From NCBI GenBank assembly GCA_963701985.1, contig OY969691.1, forward strand, positions 1,219,088 through 1,283,087: a DNA stretch of 64,000 bases, in the 5' to 3' direction. The position numbers were made by a program, and so were the translations under genes. This document shows, one piece after another, positions 40,327 to 48,715 of the stretch. Each line of letters starts with the position of its first letter. The first letter of the stretch is position 1. The stretch comes from an uncultured Coriobacteriia bacterium. Its GTDB lineage: Bacteria > Actinomycetota > Coriobacteriia > Anaerosomatales > PALSA-660. A model generated the notes under the pieces. It made no database searches, was not told where the DNA came from, and saw only the letters and a program-made list of their open reading frames with translations.

Positions 40327-41466
40327 ATGCTCGATTCGCTCAGGCGCATGACCGCGATCGCGCGCAAGGAGTTCATCCACATCGCGCGCGACTGGCGCAT
40401 GATCGTCGCCGTCCTCGTCCTCCCGCTCATCCAACTGCTTCTCTTCGCGTACGCCATCAGCTTCGACGTCCGCAACGTGCCCAGCGTGGTGTTGGATCTC
40501 GACAGGACCGCCCAGAGCCGTGCGTACGTGCGAGCGTACGGCACCTCGGGCTTCTTCGACCTGCGCGGATCGGTCGCCGACTACGCCGCCATCGACGCGG
40601 CCTTCCGGCGCGGCGACGCGCGCGTCGCGATCGTCGTGCAGCCAGGGTTCGGCGACGCGATCGCGGCCGGGCGCGCCGGCTCGGTCGGCGTGTTCGTCGA
40701 CGGGAGCGAGCCGAACTCGGCGCAGCTCGGTCAGACGTACGCGGCCTCGCTCAACGACGTCCTCAGCCGCGACGCGCTCGCCACGTGGATGGCCGCGCGC
40801 GGCTCGGGCGGCACGGTGGTCGGCTCTCTCCAGCCCTTCATCCGCACGTGGTACAACCCCGAACGGCGCTCGGCCGACTTCCTCGTTCCCGGGCTCATGG
40901 TCGTCATCATCATGATCGTCACCATCCAGCAGACGTCCGTGACCCTGGTGAGGGAGCGCGTCAACGGGACGCTCGAGCAACTGCTGGAATCGCCGCTCAC
41001 CCACGGCGAGCTGGTCGTCGGCAAGATCGCGCCGTGGGCGGCGCTGGGCGTGCTCGACACGGTGGCGATCACCGCCGTCGCGCTGGGCGTCTTCGGCGTC
41101 CCCTTGCGAGGAGACGTGAGCGTCCTGGCGGTCGGCGTCGCGCTCTTCATCCTGTGCTCGCTCTCGCTCGGGCTCGTCATCTCCGCGGTCGCGCCGACGC
41201 TCGAGAGCGCGAACATCGCGGCGCTCCTCATATCGTTCCTGCCGGGCTTCATGCTGTCCGGCATGGCGTTCCCGCTGTCGTCGATCCCCGTGCCGCTCCA
41301 GATCGTGTCGTACGCGTTCCCGGGCCGCTACATGGTCGAGATCGCGCGCGGCGTCTTCCTGCGAGGCTCGTCGTGGAACATCCTCGGTCCGCAGGTGCTC
41401 CAACTCTTCGCGTACGCGGTCGTGGCGCTCGCCGTCGCCACGCTCCTGAATCGCAGGAGCGCATGA
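40327..41466 (+). CDS. ABC-2 type permease, intact
   Basis: 379 aa with MTAIARKEFIHIARDWRMIVAVLVLPLIQLLLFAYAISF, RERVNGTLEQLLESPL, MLSGMAFPLSSIP, AFPGRYMVEIARGVFLRG. Paralogue of 35817..36960. Confidence 0.85.
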   Translation: MLDSLRRMTAIARKEFIHIARDWRMIVAVLVLPLIQLLLFAYAISFDVRNVPSVVLDLDRTAQSRAYVRAYGTSGFFDLRGSVADYAAIDAAFRRGDARVAIVVQPGFGDAIAAGRAGSVGVFVDGSEPNSAQLGQTYAASLNDVLSRDALATWMAARGSGGTVVGSLQPFIRTWYNPERRSADFLVPGLMVVIIMIVTIQQTSVTLVRERVNGTLEQLLESPLTHGELVVGKIAPWAALGVLDTVAITAVALGVFGVPLRGDVSVLAVGVALFILCSLSLGLVISAVAPTLESANIAALLISFLPGFMLSGMAFPLSSIPVPLQIVSYAFPGRYMVEIARGVFLRGSSWNILGPQVLQLFAYAVVALAVATLLNRRSA

Positions 41467-41509
41467 ATCGCCGCGGCCGAACGCGCTGCCCCGGCGAAGG
41501 AGGCGCGCG

Positions 41510-42631
41510 ATGAGCCTGCGCCGTCTCCGCCTCGTCATGTGGAAGGAGCTGCTGCAGCTCCGCCGCGACCGCCTGCTGCTGCCGCTCATCTTCATCATGC
41601 CGATCATGTACGTGATCATGTTCGGCTACGTCGTCGGCGCCGACGTGCGCAACCTGCCGACGGCCGTCGTCGACGGGGACAACACCGCCATGTCCCGTCA
41701 GATCGCCGACGCGTTCTCGTCGAGCGGCTACTTCGTGATCACGCGGCACGTGTCGAGCGAAGCGTCGCTCCAGCCGCTCATCGACAGCGGGCGGGCCGAG
41801 GTCGGCCTCATCATCGAGCGGGGCACGTCCGACGCGATCGACGAGGGACGGACCGTGCCCATCGGCATCGTCGTCGACGGGGCCGACTCCAAGACGGCGT
41901 CGGTGGCCAGCGGCTACGCCGCCGAGATCGTCGCGGCCTTCGACCGGGACCTGCTCGCGGCGGCGGGCCGCGCGACGGGCGGTCCCACGATCGATGCACG
42001 CGTGCGGGTGCTGTACAACCCGGGACTCAAGAACGTGAACGCGATGGTGCCCGGCCTGGTGGGCTCGATCCTCATGCTGTCCATCATGGTGATCATGAGC
42101 CAGGCGGTCGTGCGCGAGCGCGCCGCGGGGACCCTCGAACAGATGATGGTCACGCCGATCACGCGTGCCGAGTACCTCACCGGCAAGGTCCTGCCGTACG
42201 TCGTGATCGCCAGCGTCCAGATGACCTTCATCGTGCTCATCGGCCGCTACTGGTTCGACGTGCCGTTCAACGGAAGCGTCCTGACCGTGGCGGCCGGGCT
42301 CGTGCTGTTCACGCTGACGTCGATCGGGATGGGGCTTCTGATCTCCCTCGTCTCGCGGACACAGCAGCAGGCACAGCAGACCGTGATGTTCATCATGATC
42401 CCGACGATGGTCCTGTCCGGGTTCATCTTCCCGATAGAGTCGATGCCGGCGGCGATCGTCCCGCTGACGTACCTGATCCCCTTGCGCTACGCGCTCGTCG
42501 TCCTGCGCGGCGCCTTCCTCAAGGGGTCGGACATCGCGGACCTGTGGGCCCCGCTCGCGGCGATGGTCGTGTTCGCCGTCGCCATCTTCGGGCTGGCGGT
42601 CACCCGGTTCCACAAGCGGCTGTCCGAGTAG
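41510..42631 (+). CDS. ABC-2 type permease, intact
   Basis: 373 aa with LRLVMWKELLQLRRDRLLLPLIFIMPIMYVIMFGYVV, RERAAGTLEQMMVTPI, VLSGFIFPIESMP, LIPLRYALVVLRGAFLKG. Paralogue of 34669..35811. Confidence 0.85.
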   Translation: MSLRRLRLVMWKELLQLRRDRLLLPLIFIMPIMYVIMFGYVVGADVRNLPTAVVDGDNTAMSRQIADAFSSSGYFVITRHVSSEASLQPLIDSGRAEVGLIIERGTSDAIDEGRTVPIGIVVDGADSKTASVASGYAAEIVAAFDRDLLAAAGRATGGPTIDARVRVLYNPGLKNVNAMVPGLVGSILMLSIMVIMSQAVVRERAAGTLEQMMVTPITRAEYLTGKVLPYVVIASVQMTFIVLIGRYWFDVPFNGSVLTVAAGLVLFTLTSIGMGLLISLVSRTQQQAQQTVMFIMIPTMVLSGFIFPIESMPAAIVPLTYLIPLRYALVVLRGAFLKGSDIADLWAPLAAMVVFAVAIFGLAVTRFHKRLSE

Positions 42632-42637
42632 CCGGCC

Positions 42638-44023
42638 TCAGACGGCGGCGAGTATCGCGCGCGCGGCGATGACGCCGCTGGCGCTCGATTGCACGAGCCC
42701 GCGCGTGACGCCCGCACCGTCGCCGACCGCGTACAGGCCCGCCACCTTCGTGCACAGCGTCGCGTCGACCTCGACGCGCGACGAGTAGAACTTGACCTCG
42801 ACACCGTACAGCAGGGTGCCGGGCCCGTTCACGCCCGGCGCGAGCCGGTCGAGCACCTCGATGAACTCGAGGATGTCCGCGAGATGGCGGTACGGCAGCA
42901 CGAACGCGAGGTCGCCGGGGACGGCGCACGTCATGGTCGGCGTGACCTCGGACTGCTCCATCCTCGCCGGCGTCGACCGGCGTCCGGCCTTCAGGTCGGC
43001 GAGGCGCTGCACGATCACGCCGCCGGAAAGCAGGTTGGCGAGGTGGGCGATCTCCTCGCCGTAGGCGATCGGATCGTCGAAGGGCTCCGTGAAGCGCTGC
43101 GACACGAGCACGGCGAAGTTGGTGTTCGCCGTGCGCGTCTCGGCGAACGAGTGGCCGTTGACCGTGGTGATGCTGCCGTAGCACTCGGTCGTCACCTCGC
43201 CGTACGGGTTCATGCAGAAGGTGCGCACGCGGTCGCCGAACTGGCGCGAGTGGTAGATGAGCTTGGCCTCGTAGAGCGCGTCGGTGAGCCGCTCCATGAT
43301 CGGCGCGGGCACTTCGACACGCACCCCGATGTCCACCGCGTTCTGCACGAGGCCGATGCCGAGACGCTTGGCCTCGCCCGCGAGCCAGTCGGCGCCTTCG
43401 CGGCCCGGCGCCGCCACGACCGTGGCCGCTTCGATACGGGTCCCATCGGCGAGCTGGACGCCCGCCACGCGCGTCCCGTCGTCGGTCAGCAGCGCCAGGA
43501 CCGCCGTGCCGGTCCGTATCGCGACGCCGCGGGACTCGAGCTCGGAGCGCATCGCCGCCAGGACCGAGGGCGCGCGATCGGTGCCGATGTGGCGCACGCG
43601 CATCGGCACGAGCCGCATGCCGGCGAGCGTCGCTTCGTGCGCGAGCAGTTCGGCCGTCGCGGGATCGGGCTCGGTGACGGTCGGGGGCGCTCCGAAACGT
43701 ATCCAGGTCCCGTCCACGTCGGCGATCAGCCGCTCGAGCTGCTCGTGCTCGACGTAGTCTCCGAGCCAGCCGCCGACCTCGGTGGTCAGCGTGAGCTTGC
43801 CGTCCGAGAACGCACCGGCCCCGCCCCAGCCGGTCATGACGTCGCAGACGCGGCACTCGACGCAGCCGAGTTCGCGGCCCGGGCATCTGCGCTCGTCCAG
43901 CGGCCGGCCCTTCTCGAGGAGGAGCACGCGGCCGCGATAGCCGTTGTGCGTGAGCTCGAGCGCCGTGAAGATGCCCGCCGGCCCGGCACCGACGATGACC
44001 ACGTCGTACCGCTCGCTCGACAT
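42638..44023 (-). CDS. FAD-dependent oxidoreductase (uncharacterised FAD-dehydrogenase family)
   Basis: ATG at 44023 gives MSSERYDVVIVGAGPAGIFTALEL (GxGxxG). C-terminal GLYAVGDGAGVTRG. The longer ORF-track start adds an Arg-rich leader with no support. Confidence 0.8.
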   Translation of the reverse strand: MSSERYDVVIVGAGPAGIFTALELTHNGYRGRVLLLEKGRPLDERRCPGRELGCVECRVCDVMTGWGGAGAFSDGKLTLTTEVGGWLGDYVEHEQLERLIADVDGTWIRFGAPPTVTEPDPATAELLAHEATLAGMRLVPMRVRHIGTDRAPSVLAAMRSELESRGVAIRTGTAVLALLTDDGTRVAGVQLADGTRIEAATVVAAPGREGADWLAGEAKRLGIGLVQNAVDIGVRVEVPAPIMERLTDALYEAKLIYHSRQFGDRVRTFCMNPYGEVTTECYGSITTVNGHSFAETRTANTNFAVLVSQRFTEPFDDPIAYGEEIAHLANLLSGGVIVQRLADLKAGRRSTPARMEQSEVTPTMTCAVPGDLAFVLPYRHLADILEFIEVLDRLAPGVNGPGTLLYGVEVKFYSSRVEVDATLCTKVAGLYAVGDGAGVTRGLVQSSASGVIAARAILAAV

Positions 44024-44118
44024 CCCGTCTCCCCTCAGCCGACCGTCGCGGACCGCGCCGTGACAGGATCGTCTCACACGGTGCCGCCGATCGTGCATTC
44101 CCGCGCGGGGCCGGATGC

Positions 44119-45555
44119 CTACAGCGGGGGCGCCTCGACCGCGGCCGGAGCTTGGACGAGCCCCGAGGCGGGATGCGGGGTGACGAAGCGCATGAACGGC
44201 TCGTGGTAGATCAGCTGCACCGTGTCCGTCGGACCGTTGCGGTGCTTCGCCACGATGATCTCGGCGACGCCCTTCGGAGGCACGTGCCCGCGCTGCCCGT
44301 CGTCGCCGGGATCGTCACGCTTGTAGGTGTCGCGGTGGATGAACATGACCACGTCGCTGTCCTGCTCGATCGCGCCGGATTCGCGCAGGTCGGAGAGCAT
44401 CGGCCGCTTGTCGGCGCGCTGCTCGACGGCGCGGGACAGCTGCGACAGGGCGACGACGGGTATGTCGAGCTCCTTGGCGAGGATCTTGAGCCCGCGCGAG
44501 ATCTCGGCGATCTCGACCTGGCGGTTCTCGGAACGCGCCCGCTGCGGCTGCATCAGCTGCAGATAGTCGACGATGAGAAGACCGTTCGGCTTCCCTCGGA
44601 ACATGCGGCGGGCCTTCGCCCGCAACTCCATGATGGAGAGCGCGGGCGTGTCGTCCACGTGCAGATCGCACTGGTCGAGGCGGCCCATGGCGTTCATGAT
44701 CGGCGTCCAGTCGCCGTCCGAGAGCCGGCCCGTGCGCAGCTTCTGGCCGTCGACCTTCGACTCCGACGAGAGGATCCGCATCACCAGCTGTTCGGCGGAC
44801 ATCTCGAGCGAGAACACGCCGACGGAAACGCCGCGCTTCGCGGCGTTCACGGCCATGTTGAGCGCGAAGGCCGTCTTACCGACCGACGGCCGCGCGGCGA
44901 CCACGATGAGGTCGCCGCGGTGGAGCCCCGCCAGCAACTTGTCGAGCTCATCCCAGCCGGTGGGCACGCCGGTGAGGTGCTCCTGGCGCTCGTAGAGCTC
45001 CTCGAGCTTCTTCCAGCCGTCCTCCATGAGCGCGTCGATCGGGCGGAACGTGGTCTCGATGCGCTCGTTCGTCACGTCGAAGAGTTGCCGCTCGGCCTCC
45101 TCGATGACGCCGTCGATGTCGTCAGGCGCCTCATAGCCGAGCGCGGCGATGCGCGTGGCCGCCACGATGAGCCTGCGCAGGGTGGACATGCGCTTGACGA
45201 TGTCGGCGTACATCCCCACGTTGCCCGCGAGCGGCACCGTGTTGACGACGTCGAGCAGGTACGGCTTGCCGCCGGCCTGCTCGAGCTCACCGGTCGATTC
45301 GAGCCGAGCCGCGAGGGTGACGACGTCGCAGGGCTCGCCCTTCGCGAAGAGCGCGGCGGCGGCGTCGAAGATGCGCCGATGAGCGGGCCGGTAGAAATCC
45401 TCGGTCTTCACCTTGCTGAGCGCGGTCGCAGTGGCCTCCGCGGTCAGCAGCATCGCACCGAGCAGGGACTTCTCCGCGTCGAGATCGTGCGGCGGCACGC
45501 GGTCGGCTCCCCACACCGGGCCGCGTTCGCTCCGGCGTGCGCTGTCCTCCGCCAC
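44119..45555 (-). CDS. dnaB: replicative DNA helicase DnaB
   Basis: Motifs: PPHDLDAEKSLLGAMLL, Walker A ARPSVGKTAFALN, LLIVDYLQLM, ALSQLSRAVEQR, IEQDSDVVMFIHR. GTG at 45555 is preceded by GGGAAGGGGAG. The longer ORF would run into rplI. Confidence 0.9.
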   Translation of the reverse strand: MAEDSARRSERGPVWGADRVPPHDLDAEKSLLGAMLLTAEATATALSKVKTEDFYRPAHRRIFDAAAALFAKGEPCDVVTLAARLESTGELEQAGGKPYLLDVVNTVPLAGNVGMYADIVKRMSTLRRLIVAATRIAALGYEAPDDIDGVIEEAERQLFDVTNERIETTFRPIDALMEDGWKKLEELYERQEHLTGVPTGWDELDKLLAGLHRGDLIVVAARPSVGKTAFALNMAVNAAKRGVSVGVFSLEMSAEQLVMRILSSESKVDGQKLRTGRLSDGDWTPIMNAMGRLDQCDLHVDDTPALSIMELRAKARRMFRGKPNGLLIVDYLQLMQPQRARSENRQVEIAEISRGLKILAKELDIPVVALSQLSRAVEQRADKRPMLSDLRESGAIEQDSDVVMFIHRDTYKRDDPGDDGQRGHVPPKGVAEIIVAKHRNGPTDTVQLIYHEPFMRFVTPHPASGLVQAPAAVEAPPL

Positions 45556-45592
45556 CGCTCCCCTTCCCGCGCGCTCCTTGGAGGAGCGGCTC

Positions 45593-46231
45593 CTACTCGC
45601 TGCTCGGCGGAACCTCTTCGGCACCGTCGTCGCTGGCCGGCTCGGTGGCTTCCTCGTCGGACGTCGTGTCCTCGCCGGTGGATGATGGGCTCTCGGCGGC
45701 GTCCGCCCCGGCATCGGCCGGCTCGGACGCGGGCTCGGTCTCGGGCGCCGCGACCGCGCCTGCCCGGCTCGGCTCCGCGGCTCCGCCCTCGGGCACCACG
45801 TTCACCAGCAATTCCGCCTTGACGTCGCCGAAGACCGACAGCGTCACGCGGTGCTCGCCCGTCGTCTTGATCGGCTTGTGCAGCTCCATGCGCTTGTGGT
45901 CGATGTCCTCGCCGAGCTGCGCCGCGACCGCTTCCTCGATCATGAGCCCGGTGACCGACCCGAAGAGCTTGCCCTCGTCGCCGGCCTTCGCCTCGATGAC
46001 GACCGACTTGCCGTCGAGCGCCCCGGCGACGCCGCGGGCGGCGGTCTCCCTCTGCTCGTTGCGCTTGCGGATGTTGCTCATCCGAGCTTCGAGCTGCTTC
46101 ACATTGCCGGCGCTTGCCTGGATGGCCAGGTGCCGAGGCAGCAGATAGTTCACGGCGTAGCCACGAGCGACCTCGACGACGTCGCCCTCGTGGCCCTTGC
46201 CCTTCACCTCTGCGGTCAGGATGACCTTCAT
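45593..46231 (-). CDS. rplI: 50S ribosomal protein L9 with ~64-aa acidic C-terminal extension
   Basis: MKVILTAEVKGKGHEGDVVEVARGYAVNYLLPRHLA and KLFGSVT are canonical L9 blocks. The tail GGAAEPS...TEPASEPADAGADAAESPSSTGEDTTSDEEATEPASDDGAEEVPPSSE follows the canonical end. Confidence 0.9.
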   Translation of the reverse strand: MKVILTAEVKGKGHEGDVVEVARGYAVNYLLPRHLAIQASAGNVKQLEARMSNIRKRNEQRETAARGVAGALDGKSVVIEAKAGDEGKLFGSVTGLMIEEAVAAQLGEDIDHKRMELHKPIKTTGEHRVTLSVFGDVKAELLVNVVPEGGAAEPSRAGAVAAPETEPASEPADAGADAAESPSSTGEDTTSDEEATEPASDDGAEEVPPSSE

Positions 46232-46447
46232 GAACGTCTCTCCTTCGTCCGCGACGCCCCGGAGACGCCCGGAACGCCGCATCCATCACTGTAGCGGCCC
46301 GCTTCGCCGTCGGGAGCCTGAGCCCCGTCCTCGGAACCGCTTTTCCACAGGCCGTTGGCGACGAGTCCTGCGATTTCCACACTATCCACCGATATGACAC
46401 GTTCCCGCCGAACGGTCGCTTTCGCTGACCCGATGGCGATCGGTACG

Positions 46448-47395
46448 TCAGGCGAGCGGAGCACCTGCCAGCGGCCGAGCCCCGCCACGCGGCAGCTTCC
46501 TCAGGTTGAAGAAGATGTCGATCAGGCCGAGCAGGGACACGAGCGGGATGAAGAGTTCGGTCGCCAGGAGCAGCGTGTACCCCAACCCCTTCATGAACCG
46601 CCCCGCGTTCGCACGCCGATACAGTGCGGCGAAGTCGCCGAGCCCTTGGGCCACGAGCACGGGCCGGACGAACAACAGGATGTCGAGCCCGATCGTGCCG
46701 AGCAGCGGCATCTTCGCGAACGACCCGCCCGCGAGCGCCGCGATCCCAGCGATCGCCGGCCACACGAAATGGAAGCTGACGTCGATCTGCGCGAGCGGCG
46801 GATACCGCCGGACGTCCACGGCCAGCGAACGCGCCGCCCTCGATGCGAGCGGCACCACGATGAGCGCGGTCAGGCCCATCAGGTAGTAGGCGATCCACGG
46901 CCACGCCTGCCGGTACAGCATGACCGTTGCGCTGATCTGCCGTGTCTGGGTGGTCGACGCCCCGGTCGCGATGAGCCCGCTCTTCACGAACGCGGGCACC
47001 GACGCGATCATCGCGGACAGTGTCGCCGCGCCGGTCGGCGACGCGACGAACACCGCGGTCAGCGCGAGCGCGACTCCGAGGAGCACGCCGAGCGCCGGGA
47101 ACCGCCGCAACGCTGAGGCCGTGGCCGGGCCGACGATGGCGAGCGCCAACACCACGAAGATCGCGTCGAGGGGGTCTGCGAGCCCGAGGAACTGGCCGAA
47201 TGCACCGACGAGAGCGGCCGCGACGAGCGCGGTCGCCACCCCGGCCGGCAGGCCGAAACGGTACGTGATCCAGCACAGCGCGAAGGCGGCCAGCGGCAGG
47301 CCCAGGAAGGGCAGACCGGGCGTGAGGAACCCGCCCGCGACGGTCGCCAGACTGAGCAATATCAGGTTTCGGACGTCGGCTCCGGAGGTTCGCAC
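46448..47395 (-). CDS. polytopic membrane protein (DUF2232/YybS-like by position)
   Basis: About 8 hydrophobic segments. GTG at 47395 lies 2 nt after the rpsR stop. The ORF track fuses it to frameshifted rpsR. It has the same position as yybS in Firmicutes rpsR-rplI clusters. Confidence 0.55.
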   Translation of the reverse strand: MRTSGADVRNLILLSLATVAGGFLTPGLPFLGLPLAAFALCWITYRFGLPAGVATALVAAALVGAFGQFLGLADPLDAIFVVLALAIVGPATASALRRFPALGVLLGVALALTAVFVASPTGAATLSAMIASVPAFVKSGLIATGASTTQTRQISATVMLYRQAWPWIAYYLMGLTALIVVPLASRAARSLAVDVRRYPPLAQIDVSFHFVWPAIAGIAALAGGSFAKMPLLGTIGLDILLFVRPVLVAQGLGDFAALYRRANAGRFMKGLGYTLLLATELFIPLVSLLGLIDIFFNLRKLPRGGARPLAGAPLA

Positions 47396-47397
47396 GG

Positions 47398-47665
47398 CTA
47401 GCCTCTGCGCCCCCGGCCTTCGACCTTCGTGCTGATGACAGGGACCGTGTACGGCAGCAGCGCCATCTCGCGAGCGCGCTTGATCGCCACCGACATCGAG
47501 TGCTGGTGCTGCGCGCAGTTGCCCGGTCACGCGGCGCGGCTTGATCTTGCCGCGGTCGGTCATGAACTTGCGCAGGCCCTGGACGTCCTTGTAGTCGATG
47601 TACTCGGTGTGATCCTTGCAGAACTGGCAGTACTTCCGCTTCGGCTTGCGGGTGTATTCACTCAT
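47398..47665 (-). pseudogene. rpsR: 30S ribosomal protein S18, single +1 frameshift as assembled
   Basis: [48 protein letters not shown], then after removing one C from the CCC run at 47522-47524: [28 protein letters not shown]...*. Length is 268 nt. Confidence 0.9.
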
Positions 47666-47791
47666 GTGCGTCTATCCTCCTTCCCCGTCTCGCCCCGCGA
47701 ACGGGGTGGAGATCGAGGCGTGCTGATCTCGTCACCGGCGGGCGGGAGGGTACCGCCCTCCTCGCCGGTGCTTGCGAACGTCGTGCGGGAC

Positions 47792-48209
47792 TCAGAACGG
47801 GATGTCCTCGCCGCTGACATCCTCGGCGGCGGCCTCGAAGGCGGGCGCGGGACGAGAGGCGCCGCCCGCGGTGTCGCCTCGGCCGCCCAGGAGCTCGAGA
47901 TCGTCGGCGACGACTTCCAGCTTGCTGCGCTTCTCGCCGGCTTGGCTCTCCCATTCGTGCCAGCGGAGCTTGCCCTCGACGGCGATCTGCTTGCCCTTGC
48001 TCAGGAAGCGGGACACCGCTTCGGCCGCGGGAGCCGAACATCGTCACGTCGACGTAGTTCGGAGCGTCCTCCCACTGCCCGCTCTGGGCGTTCTTGCGCC
48101 GGTCGTTGACCGCGAGCCGGAGGCTCACGATCGCGGTCCCGCCCGATGTCTGCTTGAGTTCCGCGTCCCGCGTGAGGTTCCCCGTCAGGACGACCCTGTT
48201 GATGCTCAT
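47792..48209 (-). pseudogene. ssb: single-stranded DNA-binding protein, single +1 frameshift as assembled
   Basis: MSINRVVLTGNLTRDAELKQTSGGTAIVSLRLAVNDRR...NYVDVTMFGS, then with one G removed from the GGG run at 48029-48031: AAEAVSRFLSKGKQIAVEGKLRWHEW...GEDIPF* (canonical acidic tip). Confidence 0.9.
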
Positions 48210-48264
48210 CTATCCACTCCTGCTCTGATTCCTGGCCGATCGGAGGCGGCGCCTCCGTGGCGGC

Positions 48265-48558
48265 CTAGTCCAGATCGTCGCGGCGCACGATCATGAACCG
48301 GACCACCGAGTCCGTGATGTGGAGCACGCGGTCGAGTTCGGCGACCGCCTCGGGACCGGCATGGAACTGCATGACGGTATAGCTGCCGTCACCAAGGCCG
48401 CCGATCTCGTACGCGAGATGGCGCTTGCCCCAGTCGTCCGAGGAATCGACCGTGCCGCCGAGGCCGGTCACGACGCCGCTCGCCTTCTCGACGACGGCCG
48501 CGTGCGCCTCTTCCTCGAGGGAGGGATCGATGAGAAGCATGACTTCATAAGCCTTCAT
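48265..48558 (-). CDS. rpsF: 30S ribosomal protein S6
   Basis: ATG at 48558 after GGAGGTGAACCT. MKAYEVMLLIDPSLEEE...WGKRHLAYEI...GSYTVMQF. Confidence 0.95.
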   Translation of the reverse strand: MKAYEVMLLIDPSLEEEAHAAVVEKASGVVTGLGGTVDSSDDWGKRHLAYEIGGLGDGSYTVMQFHAGPEAVAELDRVLHITDSVVRFMIVRRDDLD

Positions 48559-48632
48559 AGGTTCACCTCCCTTGGACTGTTCGGCCCCGGAACCGTGAAG
48601 GCAGCTGTCCGGAGCAGGAAATGAGCTTCCGA

Positions 48633-48661
48633 AGTGTAGCACCGCCCCGCATGCTCCACAA
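48633..48661 (-). promoter_or_regulatory. candidate sigma-A type promoter of the rpsF operon (TTGTGG-17 nt-TACACT)
   Basis: On the minus strand: TTGTGG at 48661-48656, a 17-nt spacer, and TACACT at 48638-48633, about 75 nt upstream of the rpsF ATG. Motif match only. Confidence 0.3.
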
Positions 48662-48715
48662 CGATGCGTATCGTGACCCGACGGTCTGGCACACTTCGGC
48701 ATTCCCTCGTGTCGC

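Noticed and set aside
46448-47665. Single 405-aa protein combining an S18 N-terminus with a membrane protein.
   Set aside because: This is an artefact of the +1 indel in rpsR. With the extra base removed, S18 terminates at 47398 and the membrane protein starts independently at GTG 47395.
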